This document shows, piece by piece, positions 61,790-64,000 of a stretch of DNA of 64,000 nt. The stretch covers positions 13,252,289 through 13,316,288 of the forward strand of contig NC_090397.1 in the NCBI RefSeq assembly GCF_036365525.1, read 5' to 3'. This stretch comes from Heterodontus francisci. Its lineage: Eukaryota. The translations under genes and the position numbers were made by a program. How positions within the stretch are numbered: position 1 is the stretch's first letter; each line of letters begins with the position of its first letter. Under the pieces are notes generated by a model that saw nothing but the letters and a program-made list of their open reading frames with translations, had not been told where the DNA came from and searched no databases.

Positions 61790-64000
61790 GTAGAATTGCA
61801 GTTATCATAGGGAATTTGATAGGCAGAGGGCCAAGCAGGCTGGCAAGAGTCCCGCATTGTGTGTTGTCTCCCTGGTCTCGGGATAAATGACACCACTGAG
61901 AGGGTGCAGAATATTTTGAGAAGGGAAGGTGAACAGCCAGAACTTGTAGACCATATGGTAACCAATGACATAGGAGGGAAAATGCTTGAGGTCCTAACAG
62001 TCAGAGTTTCAGGAGTTGGGGAGGAAGTTAAAAAACAGGGTCTCAATGATGGCAATCTCTGGATTACTTCCAGTCCACGTTCAGGCAAGTATAGGAATAG
62101 TAGGGTAAAACAGGTGCATGCGTGGCTGGAGAAATGGTGCAGAAGGGCTTCAGATTACTGGGCCATTGGGACCAGTTCTGGGGCAAAGTGCACCTCAACA
62201 GAGCTGGGATCAATATCCTTGCAGGTTAGTTAACAGGTATGTGGGGTGAGGTTTTCAGCTAATTTGACAGGAGGGTGGACCCAGGATGAAACATTAGAGA
62301 GGAAAAACAAGGTGCACAGAGAATTGTGAGAGGCACTACAGTAAAGAATAGTTCAGGTGTAGGAGAGTTCAGATGGGGGGCAAATATGAAACAGTCTAGG
62401 GTGGGTTTGAAGTGGGTTTTAATGCACGGAGTGTGGTAAATAAGTTTAGTAAGCTGCAGGCACAAGTCGCCAAATGGTGCTATGATATAGTGGCAATAAG
62501 AGACCTGGCTCAAATAAGGGGAGGATTGGAAACATAATATTCCTGGATGCAAGGAATTCAGGTAAAATAGGGAAAAACAGAAAAGGAGGGGCAGTATTGA
62601 TGAAAGAAACTGTTATAGCACTGCAAAGGGATGATTTAGTTAATAGACCAAAGACATAGTCCGCTTGTTTAGAATTAAGGATTAATAGAGGAGAAAATAG
62701 GACCCAAATAGTGGAAAAGGGATAAAGCAGCAAATTTGCAGGCAAATTACAGAAAGACGCAAGAAATAAAGTGTAGTGATAATGGGGGATTTCAATTATC
62801 CCTCGATTGGGATAGTGACAGTGCATAGAGCAAAGAGGAGGAGTTCCTGAAATATGTACAAGAGAAATTTGCTGATCAGTATATTTCAGCCCATCGAGGA
62901 AGGAAGCAGTACTAGATTTAGTTCTGGGCAATGAAGTGGGGGTGAGTGGAGCATGTTTCAGTGAGAGAGTATCTGGGGGGCAGTGATCAGAATATCATTA
63001 GGTTTACAATAGTTTTACAGAATCTACAATCAAGCATAAAACTACTTAACTGGAGAACGGGTAACTTAAATGAGTTGAAAAGGGATTTGGCCCAGGTGGA
63101 TTGGAACCAAATATTGGTAGGCAACACAGTAATTGAATAATGGGAGGCTGTTAAAGAGAGATGGTCTGCTTACAGAGTAGACACATTCCTATAAGGGGGA
63201 AAGGAAGGGCATCCAAAGGTATAGCTCCTTAGATGATTAAAGATATAAAGATTAAAATGAAATAGAAAGGAGGCTTATGACAATTGTAAGATTTATAATA
63301 GTCGAGAACCAAGTTCAATATAGAAAGTACAGAGGAAATCTAAAAAACGGAAGAAGAAGTACAAAGAAAGTGCTTGAGAATAGATAACAGTTAACATAAA
63401 AGGGAACCCAAAACTCTCTTATAAACACAAAAATAATAAAAGGGTAGTTAAAGGAGAGTCGGCCAATTAGGAACCAAACAGGGGATCTTGTGGAGGCAGA
63501 GGACATGGCTAAGGTACTAAATGAGTACTTTGCATCTGTCTTCATTAAAGAACAGGATACTGCCAATGTAGCTTTAAAGGAGGAGGCAATAGCAATATTG
63601 GATAGCGTAAAAATAAAGAGGATATACTTAAAAGATTGGCAGTCCCCAAAATAGGAAAATCACCCAGTCCGGTTAGGATGAATTCCAGGCTACGAAGGGA
63701 AATAAGGGTGGAAATTGTGCTGGCTCTGGCCACAATTTTCCAATTCCCCCTTGGATATGGGGTGGTGCTGAGGCTGGAGGAGTCCAAATGTTACAACTCT
63801 ATTCAAAGAAAAGGAGGGATAAACCCAATGATGACAGACCAAAGCTTGGTGGTGGTAAAACCAACAGAGACAACAATCTAGGACAAAATTAATTGGCATT
63901 TCAAAAAGTATGGGCTAATAAATGAAGGCCAGCATGGATTTGTTAAAGGCAAATCATGTTTGACTAACTTGATTAAATTCTTTCATGAAAAAATGGAGAG
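61790..64000 (+). mobile_element. Decayed CR1 (ORF1 esterase, APE, start of RT), runs off the window
   Basis: CCLPG…HMVTNDIG, YLGGSDQNIIRF and gcatggatttgttaaaggcaaatcatgtttgactaac. Confidence 0.88.

Overview
Repeat-rich vertebrate genomic DNA, most likely from a shark or other elasmobranch (inferred from HE1-like V-SINEs, Deu-domain SINEs, abundant CR1 LINEs and Penelope-type terminal repeats). The only host gene I can reconstruct is a + strand LMNTD1/IFLTD1 orthologue. Its phase-consistent exons are 4500-4621, 6343-7067, 10320-10602, 15737-15923, 16333-16452 (GC donor), 20167-20357, 22727-22896 and 34918-35009, followed by one of two phase-0 terminal exons (40109-40258 or 46979-47116); 3012-3203 is a possible upstream exon. 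Unlike human LMNTD1 it appears to keep the end of an intermediate-filament rod (…ISAFKCMLEAEERRL), shares intron positions with lamins, and has a long Cys/Pro/Ser-rich repeat linker. One intron holds a decayed Gypsy LTR element (25618-32634, - strand) in which gag-PR-RT is replaced by a spliced, antisense, 3'-truncated MAD2L2/REV7 retrocopy. The retrocopy joins exactly at the end of the 18-nt tRNA-Ser primer-binding site, which suggests an aberrant second strand transfer onto a host mRNA. The remainder is CR1, RTE, Tx1, L2, Penelope (with hammerhead ribozyme motifs), solo LTRs, SINEs, TIR elements, minisatellites and one assembly gap. All family assignments are from motif recognition by eye; no database searches were run.
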